This document shows positions 26,860 through 40,956 of a DNA stretch of 64,000 bases, piece by piece; position 1 is the stretch's first letter; each line of letters begins with the position of its first letter. Where the stretch lies: NCBI GenBank assembly GCA_964016885.1, contig OZ024743.1, forward strand, positions 307,458,001-307,522,000, given 5' to 3'. The stretch is from Eledone cirrhosa (lineage: Eukaryota). The notes below the pieces were generated by a model. The model was not told the DNA's origin. It saw only the letters and a program-made list of their open reading frames with translations, and made no database searches. The position numbers were made by a program, and so were the translations under genes.

Positions 26860-28815
26860 TCGAGAACAGGTCGCAGGTGGCAGATAGTGATACGGCCACC
26901 AGATATGGTATCTAGTTGCGCGGACAAATAAGCAACCCCGACCAACAGCGGTAAACTACTAGGGGAGATGGAGCAATGGGTAACATCTGCGGCTCCCAAG
27001 AAAAGTCTCATAACCCAGTGATGCAGCTATGAATAGGCGAGTAACGGCTGTAAAGGTTGCCTCTAAATAAGCCTCGTCTTCGCGGGTTTGCCAAAGTACC
27101 AGATTGGTGACTGGCGCGAATAAGAGCAACAAAACTGAAACTGTAACATGATGAAGTAAACAAAGAAAAACCATACAGCACCATCCTTCACACGGGTTTC
27201 AAACAGGCCTTAAGTAGAGAGGCCTGTTTGAAAAATATATTGCAGTCTCCATTTCATGCCACAAAACCTGGCGATGGGCCTGCAACCTGTCCTGGGAGGC
27301 GTGGGATGGACACACAAAGGTTTTGTATCCCGAGACCCCAAAGAGAATCCTGAAGGGAGCAAACCTTGACAGTTGGAACTTGGAACATCACAACTCTTAC
27401 AAGCAAGCAGCAGGAACTAGTGGAGGAGGCTAGATGCTACTTACTAGATATAGTCAGAGTTTCCTCAACAAAGTTCCGTGGCTATGATACTGTTGATTTG
27501 GATGGAGGATGGAAACTCCACTATTAAGGTGTGGCACCAGAAATGACTGCACAAGTGGGAGTGGAGATACACACAAGCCCCTGGCTGTCAGAATGTGTTA
27601 TGGGCTGGATCCCATTAGGAGGGACGATTTGCCTCTTGAAGCTTAGGCTGAAAGATAAATCTCGGTGGGTGGTGCAAGTTTATGCACCAAACAAGGAGTC
27701 CGAATACAGGTCCTTCCTTGATGAAGTCACTGCAGAATTACTTGTAGTTAAGACTGAGTCATATATCCTGATGCGAGACTTCAATGCACATGTTGGCACT
27801 GACAATCTGACATGAAAAAGAGTGATTGGAAGGAATGGCGACCCCAATCTAAGTACGAATGGGGAGGCTTTGCTAGACATCTGTTCTAGCAATGGACTCT
27901 CTATTATGAACACCTTCTTCCAGCACAGAGACATACATAAATATACATGGTATAAGGGGATTGGGGACAGAAATCAACAACTGATTTTGTAATTGTCTCT
28001 GATCTATTTAATTTTGTGCTGAATGTTCATGTTAAGAGAGGGCTGAGCTGCCAACTGATCTAGTTATCTGCAACTTTATACTACCTAAAGCTAAAGAAAC
28101 CCACAAAACTGGCAGGCCCAGAGCGACCTACAGGATAAAGTGGGAAGCATTGGTGGATAAGAATGTCAGGACCAGTTATGCAGATAATATTCATCCAAAT
28201 TTAGAGAACTCCCTGAGCACACTGAGGGTGAAAGGGGCTTGGTATGGCACCGAATGGCAGGAAGACTCCTTGGTTCAATCAAGAGAGCAAAAATGCCATC
28301 CGAGCAAAGAAGGAGGCTGATAATGCTTGGCTTGGGAAGAAGTCCTCCTTCTTGCACTTGCAGTACAAGCAGGCATGAAAAGCCGCAGCAGAGAGAGTAA
28401 AGGAGTCCAAAGCTAAGACAAGGGAGGACATTGGGGTTAAGCTGGAATCCGATTTCAGATCAGCAAATAAAGTGTTCTGGCAGACCATCCGCTACTAAAA
28501 ATGTATCTGGGGTTCTCTCTTCAGAGAGGTGCATCCTCGTGAGGTAGAGAGAATACTTTGCTCCTAAACCCAATAACAACATCTTCCAATGTACACAAGA
28601 TGCATCTGGTCAGAGGCTGAGGTCGCAAGAGCAGTCAAAGCGCTCAAATATGGCAAAGCCACTGGGGAAGAGGAAATCCAGCCCGAGATCTTAAAATCCT
28701 TAAACAGAGAAGGTATTCTCTGGCTGACTCATGTGTGCCGGGTGGCCTGGATCTCTTGAAGGGCACCTAAGCAATGGCAATCGGGAGTGATAATCCCTAT
28801 TTTTAAACAGGGAGG
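26860..28815 (+). mobile_element. RTE (Expander-like) LINE, 5' half: leader, APE endonuclease, start of RT
   Basis: VGTWNITTL...LDIV, QVYAP, DFNAHVG, MNTFFQH, GKATGEEEIQPE, WQSGVIIPIFKQG; decayed. Confidence 0.85.
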
Positions 28816-29854
28816 CAAGAGATTGTTAAGCCTCCCAAATGCACAATGCACAGGCATGTACACAACACCCACAATACATGCACTCATAAAAATACCCCAA
28901 AATATAGAATACAAAAATAGATATCCATAAACACATATATATACATAATCCCTATATTGAAATTTATGTAAATATATATAGTTGGTACACAAACACACAT
29001 CACTCATATATATCCATGTTCATATATAGATATATATAGATATACACACACCCACACAAATATACAAAGTATGTATAAATATACACACATACACCTTCAT
29101 ATAACATATCTATAAGAGCACACTCATACAGACAAATATATAATATATATACACCTGAAGGATGTGGCTGGCAATATATAATTTCTGACTTTACGTATCC
29201 TTTCCCAATTAAAAAAAAAATGTCCCCTTTTGTTTCTTTATTTATTCTATTTGTATATCATACAGTACATTCTAGTAGACAACAATTACTTGTGTGCATG
29301 TGTAGGCTTCTATGAGTGTGTGCGTATGCATGTCAGTGTCATAGTATACAGTCAATCATGTAATTCTTTACTCTTTGACACAAATTCTCTTTGTGGTCCT
29401 CCGGTGTTAGAAAGAGCAGCCAAATCTTATTTATACCTCATCCTTGGGAAGTCTCATCTTTCTCAATGAAGATCTTTGACTTGTTCGACAAACGAATGAC
29501 TGAAATTAATATATATATGGCTGAACATGACACACATGAACATTCACAAACACATGCATACATTCACACAAACGCACCCATATTCTCACGCAAACACACA
29601 TACTTGGTTGTGTTCATCAAACCCTAGTGCAGTAATGAAATAAGTAATAGTGTGAGATATTAACTACAAGTGAAGTCTTGCAAACAAACACGCACATACA
29701 CACATATACATTCACACACACATACACTTACACAGACCGTAGCAAAGTTTGGAACTATGTTCGCTGTTTTTGGTGTTGTTTTTTCACCATCCCCTTCTTT
29801 CATTTTAACTCATTCATTTCATAAGTGGACTAACACATGGACGGCACCAAACAA

Positions 29855-29962
29855 CGCCGAGGTTGACTTTGCCTTTCATCCTTACGGGGTCGATAAAATA
29901 AAGTACCAGTAATACACTGGATAATTGCTGGCCTTGTGCCTAAAGTAGAAACAATTATTATT
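29855..29962 (+). mobile_element. SINE family S2, 5'-truncated, (ATT)n tail
   Basis: Core plus GGCCTTGTGCC...AGAAACA(ATT)3. Confidence 0.85.
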
Positions 29963-30162
29963 GAAGGGCGGTGAATTGGCAGTATCGGTAGAGGGTCGGA
30001 CACCATGCTTTCCAGCATAGTTACGTCCCTTTACGGTCTGAGTTCAAATCCCGTCGAGGTTAACTTTGCCTTTCATCCTTAAGGGGTCGATAAAATAAAG
30101 TATCAGTAATGTACTGGGTAATTGCTGGCCTTGTGCCAAAAGTAGAAACAATTATTATTATT
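29963..30162 (+). mobile_element. SINE family S2, full length, starting in the ATT tail of the previous SINE
   Basis: GGCGGTGAATTGGCAG head, GAGTTCAAATCC B box, tail TGGCCTTGTGCCA...AGAAACA(ATT)4. Confidence 0.88.
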
Positions 30163-33100
30163 GAAGGTGAAGCCACGCTTCTTATCGGCTCCAGTTTTTT
30201 TTCAGCAGTATTCATCGATTTCAACCGTTCCTAACCTTTTATTCAAGTTTTAAACTTGATAAGAGTTTAGAAGAAGTGACCCACCTAATACAGGGGGTTC
30301 ACCCATAAATAATACGGCACCCCTTTATGGGGTATCGTATGATGTAAAATTTATTTGAAAAAAAAAAAGATTTCGTTCAAACATGGATAATACAAAAAAG
30401 AGAGAGAGCGCTGTCAGACAACTCAGAAAGAGGGAGACTTTGTCAACATATCAACAAGACAGCGTTCTACAAAAGAAAATACAAAAGAAAATATTACAGA
30501 GGAAAAGAAAAACAATATCATTTTTAATGATATTGTTTCAGATTTAAAAATACCAAATAGTACTAACACAAACAACACCAACAACAACAAAAATAACAGC
30601 AATAAGGTCGAGAAAGACAATAACAATGACAATAACAACAGCCACAACAACAATAACAGTAGGAACAGTATCAATGAAAACAACAATAACAACAACAGCC
30701 ACAACAACAGTACCAACGAAAACAACAACAATGACAACAATGACAACAATAGCAGCAGCAACAGTACCAACGAAAACAACAACAGTGACATCAATACCAG
30801 TAACAACGATCTCAACACCAACAACAAGACCAGTAGCAGCAGCAATAATGGTGCTGCTGAAAAAGGGGCCACTTCTTTTGCAGGTGTGGCCCGAAATATA
30901 GAAACAGTTCTTGTCACAGAGGAGGAGATGGCGGTCGCAAGGGCCATGGTGACGAGAAATGCCAATCGAGTCTTCCTGAAACCTCCACCCGATTTTTTCA
31001 AGGACCAGCAGTTAAGGACAGTGACTTACCGCACTGTAAGTAAAATATCGCATTGGGTGGAGAGAGCCACGGAGGCTCAAATTCAAAAGCCTTGGGGTGC
31101 GTCTGGGCGCGCAAAACCCACATCACCCGAGGCAAAACGTATGCCACAATAGACGTACATTTTGCCACTCCTCAAGAGGCGAAGGTAACCCTAAAGAGTA
31201 AAGAGATAGTCTTGGTGCTCTCCTACTACGGGCAGAAAATTGTGAGGATCAAAGTGACCCAGAGAATAGTACAGAGAATAGGGAGAGAGAACTGGTCAGG
31301 AGGTATATGTATGCAAATGCTAATACATACTGACCAGGAGTGTATCGAGCCTATCCTGGATATCATAAACCTCGAGGAAGGACTCCAACTCCCTATAAGC
31401 GTGGAAGCAAGGCGCCCAAAGTGCTATCTCTGTGTGTCAAAGGGTCACCTCAGGGCCTTTTGCCCGCAGAAGACAGCAAAGAAGAAGGACCTCCCCCTTC
31501 TTCTGATGCCTGGTCCGCTGCTACCAAAAGCAGGGCAGGCAACAAAGGCAGCAGACCCTTCTACTGTGAGTAGGAGGGCAACATCCGTGGCACCTATACC
31601 AAGGCCACAGACAACTAAAACAGCGGCAGCAGTGGCGGCAACACCAGTAGCTACATTTGCAGTAGCTGCACCAGCAACAAAATCGCCGGAGAGGGTTCCA
31701 CTACCACCACCACCAGCTGTGGAGCACATACCCCCTCCCAGAGGCCACGGAATCCGACATGGAGTGTGAGGCAGGAGTGAAGTGGCAAAAGGTCTGCCAC
31801 AAAAAACAAAAAACAAAAAACCCCTTAGCTTCACCCTCCAAAAGCGAAGGCAAACAAAGAGGGGTAAAGGCTGAAAAGCGACTTGCAGCAACGCCACCAC
31901 CACAAACACCAACGTAGTTGGAGACTTCAGAGGGTCAGTTACCAAGAGGATATACACCGACATCATCTTGGAGATACCAGCCAAAGGGACGGTTCAACTG
32001 TCCCTTTCCTACACGATCAGTGTAGGTGATCCTTTCTCACTTACTCACCCAACATGGCCTTACTTAGAATAGGCGGTATAAATGTATGTGGCCTGGGGTC
32101 ATCTTGGAAGCAGGGTCACCTGCTTAACGATCTCAGGTCACTAAACATAGATGTGGTGGCCATCAGCGAGACCAGAATTTCCGAAGCACGAGACTTTGCA
32201 CCGTTCTTCGGCAGCTACGATGCATACGCATCTCCCAGCCATCCGGGAGCAGGAGGCAGAGTTGCTGTGCTTTTTCGGGGAGGCTTGGATCTCGCCATAC
32301 GGGCCATCTTCCTGGACCCAGAAGGTAAGTTGGTGGTGCTGGACATGACAGGCAGCGAAGACAATGATTTTAGGCTAGTAGCCGTCTACTCCCCAACAGG
32401 GGCAGGACAACCAGATTTCTTCAGACGCCTAGAGACCTTTCTGGGAATATCCTGCTCTTTAGTCTTAGTGGGTGACTGGAACGGTATCTTAGATGCACGC
32501 TGGGATTATGTGGGGCTAGTAAATAAGGGAGGAGGATGTAAAAGCCTCACCAACCTGCTCAGACGTTTTCAACTATCAGACAGGTATCGACTGGATTATC
32601 CGAATGTGCCAATATGGACATGGGCAAACCACATCGGATCATACAGATCGTATCTAGATAGGGTATTCTGTAGGGAAACAGATAAGGCTAGCGTAGGTTG
32701 TCCACAATTTAAAGTAGTCGACTTAGATAGACTTCATAGGCAAGGACCCGGTTATTGGAAGCTGAACGCCTCTGTCCCGTTGCGCAAAGCTTACAGAGAC
32801 CGGATAAGCAAATTAGTTAAGCATGCGTTGACGGGTGCGATCGTCAACAACAGGTGGTGGTTTACCCTGAAAAGGGCAATTAGAGTAGAATCAATAAGGT
32901 TTAGCAAAAAGGAGTAGTGAGATAGAGGAAAATAGAGTAGAAGGAGAGCTAGTTAGAAAGCTAGAAGAGGTGTTTAGGACAGGCATCGCAACCGATGTGC
33001 TTGCGGCGAGATTAGCACTCGACCAATTCTTCAATGCAAAGCACGACGGCTGCGTTGTCAGAGCTAGAGCACGTGCTCTGAGACACGAGGGGACAAATGC

Positions 33101-33771
33101 TGTCCAATGTGCCCGGGTGGTGGAGGCAACAAAGCCACAATTCAATCCTTGCCTGACCAAAACGGGCGCATGCTACTCGAACCCGAGCAGATGTGTGACG
33201 CTTTTCAGCAGCACTTTGCTCAACTGTTTAGGAGCGGCGGCGGGCCAGATCGGAGTATGAACTTCAGTGCATACCTCGAGAGACTGCCGCGGCTCTCGAC
33301 GACCGCAGCGCAGTATTACAAAAGGCCAATAATAGCAGGTGAAATACAGGAAGCGATGTCTGGCTGCAAGAAGGGTAAATCGCCAGGTTTGGATGGTCTG
33401 CCCTACAAGCTTTATGCGTCCATGCCAGACTTGTTCGGCGACCTCTTGGCAAATGTCTACTGCAACTGGCAGCAGAACGGGAGCATTCCCAGTTTTGTGA
33501 GCCGGAAAGCGGTGGTGCTGTTGAGAAAAGACCCGAACAAGGGGGATGTTATAGACAACTTCAGGCCCATAACTCTGTTAAACGAAAATTTCAAGATTTT
33601 AGCCAAGGTGTTAGCAACAAGATTGGCGCTTGTCATCGGTGATCTGATGGGAGAGGCGCAGACATGCGCCTTTCCAGACAGATCCATCCACGACAACCTC
33701 CACCTTATGTGATACATCATAGAGAGCGTGGTTAAGGAACCTGGCACGGGTGGGGCCCTGATCAACTTGGA

Positions 33772-33832
33772 TCATCATCATCATCATCATCATCTTCGTT
33801 TAACGTCGATCTTACACACTAGCATGGGTTAG
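33772..33832 (-). mobile_element. Short RTE-type 3' tail inserted in Tx1 RT
   Basis: (CAT)n...GTTTAACGTC...CTAGCATGGGTTAG replaces the SKAFDRV codons. Confidence 0.7.
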
Positions 33833-34507
33833 TCGGTACCTGGCGGCCGCCGCTTTCAGGCCCATTTTCAGGGGTTGTATCGCTGAGATGCACAGCAACA
33901 TCTGCTCAGTTGTGAAGGTGAATGCGCTCGGTCCACGAGGGTTGTCCCCTCTCGTCGCTCTTGTACGCATTGGCCCTAGAGTCGTTACTGCACAAATTGG
34001 AGGTGATGAGAGGCATCCCACAAGAACTAATATGTGGGAGATCCATATCGGCTTACGCCAACGATGTCACCGTGGTGGTGTCAAGCACCGGGCATGTCCA
34101 GATGCTCGGCACCACTCTCAAGGAATATGAAGCAGAAACAGGAGCAAAGTTAAACCAGGAAAAGTCGGTGGGTTTGCAGCTCGGCACCTGGAGAGGCAAG
34201 TCCATGCTGCCAGACAGCGTCGTGGGGCACTGAATGGAAGGACCGGTTAAATTGCTCGGGGTCTGGTTTGGTCCAGACCTCCAAATGGAGAAAATCTGGA
34301 GTGAGATGATGAGCAGGGTGGCCTCTCTCACCCAGAAATGGACCGAGAGGACGCTGTCCCTGAAAGGTCGAGCAGAGATGGTGAATGCGTTCATCGCATC
34401 CGTCAACTGCTACCGCCTAATTGTTGTGCCTTGCCCCGGCCCAACTCTGACAACAATGGAGCGCCTCCTCTTCCGCTGTTTATGGAAGGAACGTGCTCCC
34501 ATGGTGA

Positions 34508-37500
34508 TGTGGGGCTGTGTGGAGGAGGTGACCGGAAGCTGGGGACGCTTGATCGGAGGCGGAGGAGGAGTGACGTCAGGTGCGGCGTCTGTAGGCTGCG
34601 TCTCTCTCGGTGACTTGGTGAAAGACGGATGTACCAGATGAAGCTGCAGCTTGGTGAATGGATTATAACACGGAGATTGATGCACGGCTTTGAGTGAACC
34701 AGCAGACTCGCGGTAAGTGGAATAGCTTTCTCACCACAAGCTATTTCGACACATAAAGACGTACAAAAAGGGGGGCACAAAGCTACTTGAAAACAAAGAC
34801 TATCTTGTTTTATTACTTACCGCAGGAGTAAAGAGATGGCGACAAGATTACGGTTGAGCGGAGAAGTACTTAAAGCTTTCACCGGTGAAGGAGACGTTAT
34901 CGTTTGGATGCGAAAGGTCCGGGTGGTCACCGAGCTACAAAAGATAGATGATGTGGCCAATCTCATGCCGCTATATCTCGAGGGGGATGCGCTAGCATTG
35001 TACCTTGAGATGGACGAAATCAGCCAGAGGGACGCGCAAAAAAATTGAGCGGCGTATGATGGAAGCGTTTGCGGAAGGTCCGTGTACCGCGTTTGCCAAG
35101 CTGGCAAGGATAAGGTGGGAAGGTCAGCGTGTGGATATTTTTGCTGCGGAGATAAGGAGATTGGCCATGCTGGCTGGGTTTCAGGTTGAGTGCGAGTGTG
35201 CAGTGTGGCTGGCATTTATAAATGGTTTTCCGAATGACATCGCGGTGAGACTGCAGCAAATACCTGGCTACAAGGAAATGGAGATGCATACATTGGTAGA
35301 GCAAGCCCGCATCATAGCGGAAGATGCTAAGAAGAGTGTTGCAGCAATAGTGGCGATGGAGGCCCGGGGCAGCCGACAGCGAAATGCTGAAAGGTGACAA
35401 ACACGGCGAACAGTCACCCGCACATGTTTAGGGGTCGTTGCTATAGGTGCCAGGGTGCGCACATGGAGAGAGATTGCAAGGAGTCGAAACCAGACATAAT
35501 TTGCTATGGTGTAGGCAGCTGGGCCACATCGCTACCAAGTGTGACCAGGGAAACGGTACAAGGGGGGCTATTGCGACGGTAGCTACCCCTCGAGTGTAGA
35601 GGCACTGCCTGTGGTGAAAATCCTGGTGAAGGGAAAGCCATTACGAGCCCTCGTGGACACGGGATGTACAATGACACTGGTGACTACGGGGGTGGTGGAA
35701 AAGTGGAGAGGGAAGAGCATCATAAGGGCAGTCGACGGTAGGAAGATTGAAGGTAGAGGTTGCAGCGATGTGGAGATGGTGGTAAGGGGAAAGAGAATTA
35801 GGCTTTCAGCCATTGTGGTCGACTGCGTAGTGGATGGAATTGACGTGGTTATGGGCATGGACGTGATTGGCCGATTAGGAGGCGTCACAGTGAACGATGT
35901 CGGAGTAACATTTGTTGGCGCTGCACCAGCATGCGCTGTGAGTACGTGTCAGGAGGGCGAGAAGGCCCGCGAGGAAAAATATGCCGCTCATACCGTACAG
36001 GATAAGGACTTCAAGGCCGTGTTCGACGGGCAACAATGGATTATTGAGTGGTACTGGAAGGGAGAATCGCCAATACTGAAGAACAAAGTGGGCTGCTATC
36101 AGCACACATTGAAAGGAGATGCTAGGAGAGAGTTTGAGCGAGAGGTAGAGAGATGGATCGAGGAAGGCATACTGGTTCCTTGGAAGGAGGTGAAGTGTGG
36201 GGTGTTGCTGTTAATGGCTGTGGTGCAACCCACGAAGAACAGGGTGAGACCAGTGTTGGATTTTCGGGAGCTGAACGAACATGTGTCGTGTCACACGGGT
36301 GGTGAGGTCATGGATGTCTGCGGGGAAACTCTGCGCGAGTGGAGACGTATGACGGGGGCTACACGTGGAGGACAAGCTGTGGCAGTATCAGCTTGCCAGG
36401 TATAAGGGCCGGACATATTGTCTGACCAGGCTCGGTTTCGGGCTGAACTCTGCACCGGAGATCATGGCGGCGGTCCTCAAGACCGTTCTGGGAAAGGCCG
36501 ACAAGATGAAGAAGGCCACCAATTCCTGCATCGACGCCATCTTAGTGGACGAGACTATAGTGTCGGCGGCGGAGGTCACAAGCCATTTGCGAGGATACGG
36601 ATTGACTGCGAAGCCGTCAGAGGCGTTGGAGGGAGGGAGGAGCCGTGCTGGGACTTAGGCTGTGAAGAGATAAGACGGGCACGTTAGTATTTCGGAGGGG
36701 AAATGAAGTCCCGGCACTGGGCCCAAATATGAATAGACGGGAGCTCTTCTCAGTGTGTGCAAAATTAGTGGGTCACTGGGTGGCTCCGGACGGCATGCAG
36801 CTATGTCAAGAGACAAGCGACGGGGTGACTTGGAGTGACAAGGTGGGAGAGAGGAAAATGGCCATGATGCAGGAGATCGTGGGGAGGGTGAAGGCCGATG
36901 ACCCAGTGCGAGGTCGCTGGTATGTCCCCGAATCGCATGCGGGACCATATGGTGTGATGCCAGCAGCGTAGCGTTAGGTGTCACACTAGAAATAGGAGGT
37001 GTCGAGGTCGAGGATGCAGCCTGGCTCAGGAAGAAGGATGATTGTAACCACATCAATGTGGCCGAGCTGGATGCTGTGTTGAGAGGGGTGAACCTCGCCT
37101 TGAGATGGGGACTGGGCACCATCGAGATTCACACCAACTCGGCGACTGCACTCGGATGGGTGTGGTCAGTGCTTACCAGTGAAAAGAGAGGGGCGGCAGA
37201 AATGCTGATAAAGCGCCGCCTGGGAACTCTAGGAGAGCTGGCCACTGAGTTCGGCCTGAAGTTGAGTGTAGTCTGAGAGAAAAATTGAGCAGACGTTTTA
37301 ACCAGGGTGAAGAAAGCTTGGATGGAAGCGCCAGAGGATGCAGAAGAGGGGATAGCTGCTGTGTGTCGGCTGAGTGAGTCAGACCTTAAAGGGTTGCATG
37401 CCATGCACCACATGGGAGTGCATAGGACCCTGTTCCTGGCCAGCAGAATCGATTCCGATGTTAGCAGAGACAGTGTCCAGAGAGTGGTCAGAGGCTGCGT

Positions 37501-38581
37501 CCGATGTCAGTCTATCGATCCCGCCCCGGGTGTGCACGAGTCGGGATGTCTCCCAGTGGATCGCAACTGGAAGCGATTAGCAGTGGATGTAACACACTAC
37601 CGACAAGGAACATATCTCTCGATAGTTGATTGTGGACCGGGACGGATGGCGATATGCAGGGAAATGAAGATGGGATCTGCGGAGGAAATCACACGGACTT
37701 TGAGAGAGATATTCTTGGAGCGGAGCCCTGTGGATGAACTGCTGATGGATATTAGCGCAGTGTTCCGCTCAGAGGCGCTGAGGGAAATGCTTCATGGGTG
37801 GAAGGTGGACCGCTTCTTCAGAGCAGCATACAGGCCGAGCGGAAATGGGATCGTGGGGCGACACCACCGCACAATCAAAGCAATGGCGGAACGGGGGCAC
37901 ATCTCACCAATGTAAGCAGTGTTTTGGTACATGTCCCCTCGGGTGGAACAGGCTGAGGAATCGGTGCCACACAGAGCGATATACAAATATGAGTGGCGGC
38001 ACTCGTGCACGGTACCTCAACGGCCAGTAGAGAGAGAGAGCGCATTCATACAGGTGGGCGAGGAAGTCTGGGTTAAGCTCCCAGACGCATGCTGCACATC
38101 TCAATGGGGAAAGGGAACAGTAACGGCCATAAATTCCCAGAATAACGTGTCTGTGGACGGAGTGCCACGTCATGTCCTGGATGTCCGTAGAATCGTTGTG
38201 TTGACGGACTCCAAGGAAGAGGAAATCGAAAGCGCTGCCCCAACATTACGGATATCGTAACGGGATCCCCAACTGCCTGGGTGGACGGCAGATTATCACA
38301 CGCAGCAGTGTGAGGGAGAGATTGATCCTTGAGATCAGAGGGGCATGTGGGGCAGTGTGGAGGAGGTGACCGGAAGCTGGGGACACTTGACCGGAGGCGG
38401 AGGAGGAGTGACATCAGATGCGTTACCAAGGCGGCGTCTGTAGGCTGCGTCTCTCGCGGTGACTTGGTGAAAGATGGACATACCAGACGAAGCCGCAGCT
38501 TGGCAAATGGATTATGACACGAAGATTGATGCACGGCTTTGAGTGCAGACTCGCGGTAAGTGGAATAGCTTTCTCACCACA
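34508..38581 (+). mobile_element. Compact Ty3/Gypsy LTR retrotransposon, full length but decayed; LTRs 34508-34738 and 38346-38581
   Basis: TG...CA LTRs; 5-bp TSD GGTGA (34503-34507 / 38582-38586); gag with zinc knuckle, protease LVDTGC, RT, RNase H (DAS, AELDA), integrase HHCC-DDE in Gypsy order; purine tract before the 3' LTR. Confidence 0.93.
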
Positions 38582-39579
38582 GGTGAGATGATCCATCTGC
38601 TGTCAGCACCCGTTGCGTGGAGGAGTGGGCATGCCATGGCTGATGATGCGCAAACATGCGCTAAGGCTGCGACATCTCTGGTGCTTCCTTGACGGTGAAC
38701 AGGTGTGGTCGCCATTTGTCAGGCGTGTTTTACCCCAGCTCGTCTCATTAACGGAGCTGCAGTCCTGGATCAGGAAAAGACCAAAAGATAGCGCTTGGAA
38801 GCTGGAATGTCTCCAAGTGTTCACAGCCTTCTACCAGCTGGGCACTAGTATTGGTGGAACATTCACCTCGGCATTCTATAGAGAACTAGTGGAGGGGGAA
38901 GAGTGACAACGTTCTCAGGGAGACCCTGGGCGTAGGAGTCAATCAGCTGTTCGCTCTCTTCAAGAGAACTTTCAATCCGGGGCATATGGACAACTTCCAG
39001 AAATCCCTGGCCTGGCAGTGCTACTGGGGAGCATTGCCGGTTCAAGATAAGCTCTACAGGGTGACAAAACCGTTGTGCACGCACTCGTACAGTGTCTGAT
39101 CGTTGCTGACTTGTGGGGCTATGTTGAACATTTTCTGTCACATGTAGGACGGATCCGGTTATCAACTGAGTCCATTGTGCAGATAGCCACACTGTCCTCC
39201 TTTAAGGAGCAGGAAGGGCAGGTAGTTTTCATCTGCCTGGTGGCCATGACGAAAGAGATTGTATGGTGGACAAGGTTGAAAGGATTGAAGACGGACACTT
39301 TCCTCTTCGGCGAATCCCTGATTAACTTTTTCAAATTTCACTTGAAGAAGAAAAAAGGGTGGAGAGGCAAGTGCTACCTTCTAGTAAGTTTGTTGAATGG
39401 TGGGTGAAAGTGGAGAATCTAGCTCGAGTGAACGAGCCTGTTCTGAGTATGCGCCTGTAGACTGAGGAGCGGGAGAACTGAAAGAGGGGGCTTGCCCTGG
39501 TGGTCAGGGTGGCTGTGGTCTTTTGTGTGGTTTTCACCACAAGTGAACCTCGGAGGTTTCCACTTTTTGGGGAATTTTT

Positions 39580-40682
39580 GATCTGTGTGATTGACTTAGA
39601 TAGGCTTCATAGACAGGCACTCGGCTACTGGAAGCTAAACGCGTCGTTAACAGTGTGCAAAGCCTACAGAGACCGGATTAGCGAATTAGTTAAGCAGGCG
39701 TTGACGGGGCCCATCGTCAACAACAAATGGTGGTTTGCCTTGAAAAGAGTGATTAAAATAGAGTGCATTAGGTTTAGTAAGGCATTAGCAATAGAGAAAA
39801 ATAGAGCAGAGGGAGAACTAGTTAGCAAATTAGACGAGGCGCTTAATAAAGGCATCGCGACCAACGTGCTTGTGGCGAAATTGGCCCTCGACCAATTTTT
39901 CAATGCAAAGCACGAAGGCTGCGTTGTCAGAGCTAGGGCATTTGCTCTCAGACATGAGAGGACGAAAGCCGTTCGATGGGCTCGAGTGATGGAGGCGCGT
40001 CATGGCACAATCTGGTCTTTGGCGGTCCACGACGGGCGCATGCTACTCAGGCTTTTCAGCGACGCTTCACTAAGCTATTCGGAGGCGGCGGCAGTCCGGG
40101 TCGCGGGATGGACTTTAGTGCCTACCTCAACGGACTGCCGTGACTCTCAGCCACTGAAGTACGGGAGGCAATGACTGGCTGCACAATGGGCAAATCGCCT
40201 AGTTTGGATGGTCTGCCCTACAAACTTTACATACATATGCCAGACTTGTTCCGAGACCTTTTGGCGGACGTCTACTGCAACTGGCAGCAGAATGGAAGAA
40301 TTCCCAGCTCTGTAAGCCGAGAAGCAGTGGCACTGCTGAGAAAGGATCCGAACAAGGGGGATAACATAGACAACTTCAGGCCCATAACTCTGTTAAACAC
40401 AGAGTTCAATATTTTGGCCAAGGTGCTAGCAAAGAGGTTGGCACTTGTCGTCGGTGGTCAGGTGGGAGAGGCGTAGACATGCGCCATTCCAGACAGATCC
40501 ATCCATGACAACCTCCACCTCAAGCGATACATCGTGGAGAGGGTAGCTAGGGAACCTGGCAATTTAGATCAGTCGAAAGCTTTCGATAGGGTTGACCATC
40601 ATTATCTGGCGGCAGTCCTGAGGGCGGCTGGCTTTGGGCCTGTCTTCAGAGGCTGGATCACTGCCATGCACAGCGACATCTG
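39580..40682 (+). mobile_element. Tx1-like copy 2, internal ORF2 fragment (APE end to mid RT)
   Basis: Highly similar to 60050-61230; fused to the 3'UTR of copy 1. Confidence 0.85.
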
Positions 40683-40797
40683 CACTGTGGCTGATTGGGT
40701 AGAGAACTGGATTCGCAATCGTGAGCTTGTCAGTTCGATTCCTGGACCGGGCGATGCATTATGTCCTTGAGAAAGACACTATATTTCACATTGCTCC
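40683..40797 (+). mobile_element. tRNA-derived SINE head (S1-related)
   Basis: GTGGCTGATTGG A box, AGTTCGATTCC B box, TCCTTGAGAAAGACACT core. Confidence 0.75.
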
Positions 40798-40956
40798 TAC
40801 CTGGAATTGCAACAGATAGATAGTATTAGCAATTGGAAAGACCAACGGAAATATTGGTTCCTTGGTCCGATTTGAGGAAAGTCGATCAACAAAAAAAAAT
40901 ATATATATATGTCATCATCATCACCACCATTTATAATATATATATATATATATACA

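Larger units (their letters stand above)
30163..39579 (+). mobile_element. Tx1-like non-LTR retrotransposon copy 1 (5' type A), decayed, interrupted by Gypsy
   Basis: ORF1 with Asn tract and zinc knuckle CYLCVSKGHLRAFC; ORF2 from 32054 with APE (DVVAISET, GDWN, SYLDR), RT (GKSPGLDG, FRPITLLN, EGCPLS, YAND) and C-terminal region. Confidence 0.9.

Noticed and set aside
30423-31001. Leu/Val-rich membrane-like ORFs (also 41567-41767, 46112-46459, 49663-49875, 58461-59024)
   Set aside because: Antisense frames of the AAC/ACC-rich low-complexity parts of Tx1 ORF1
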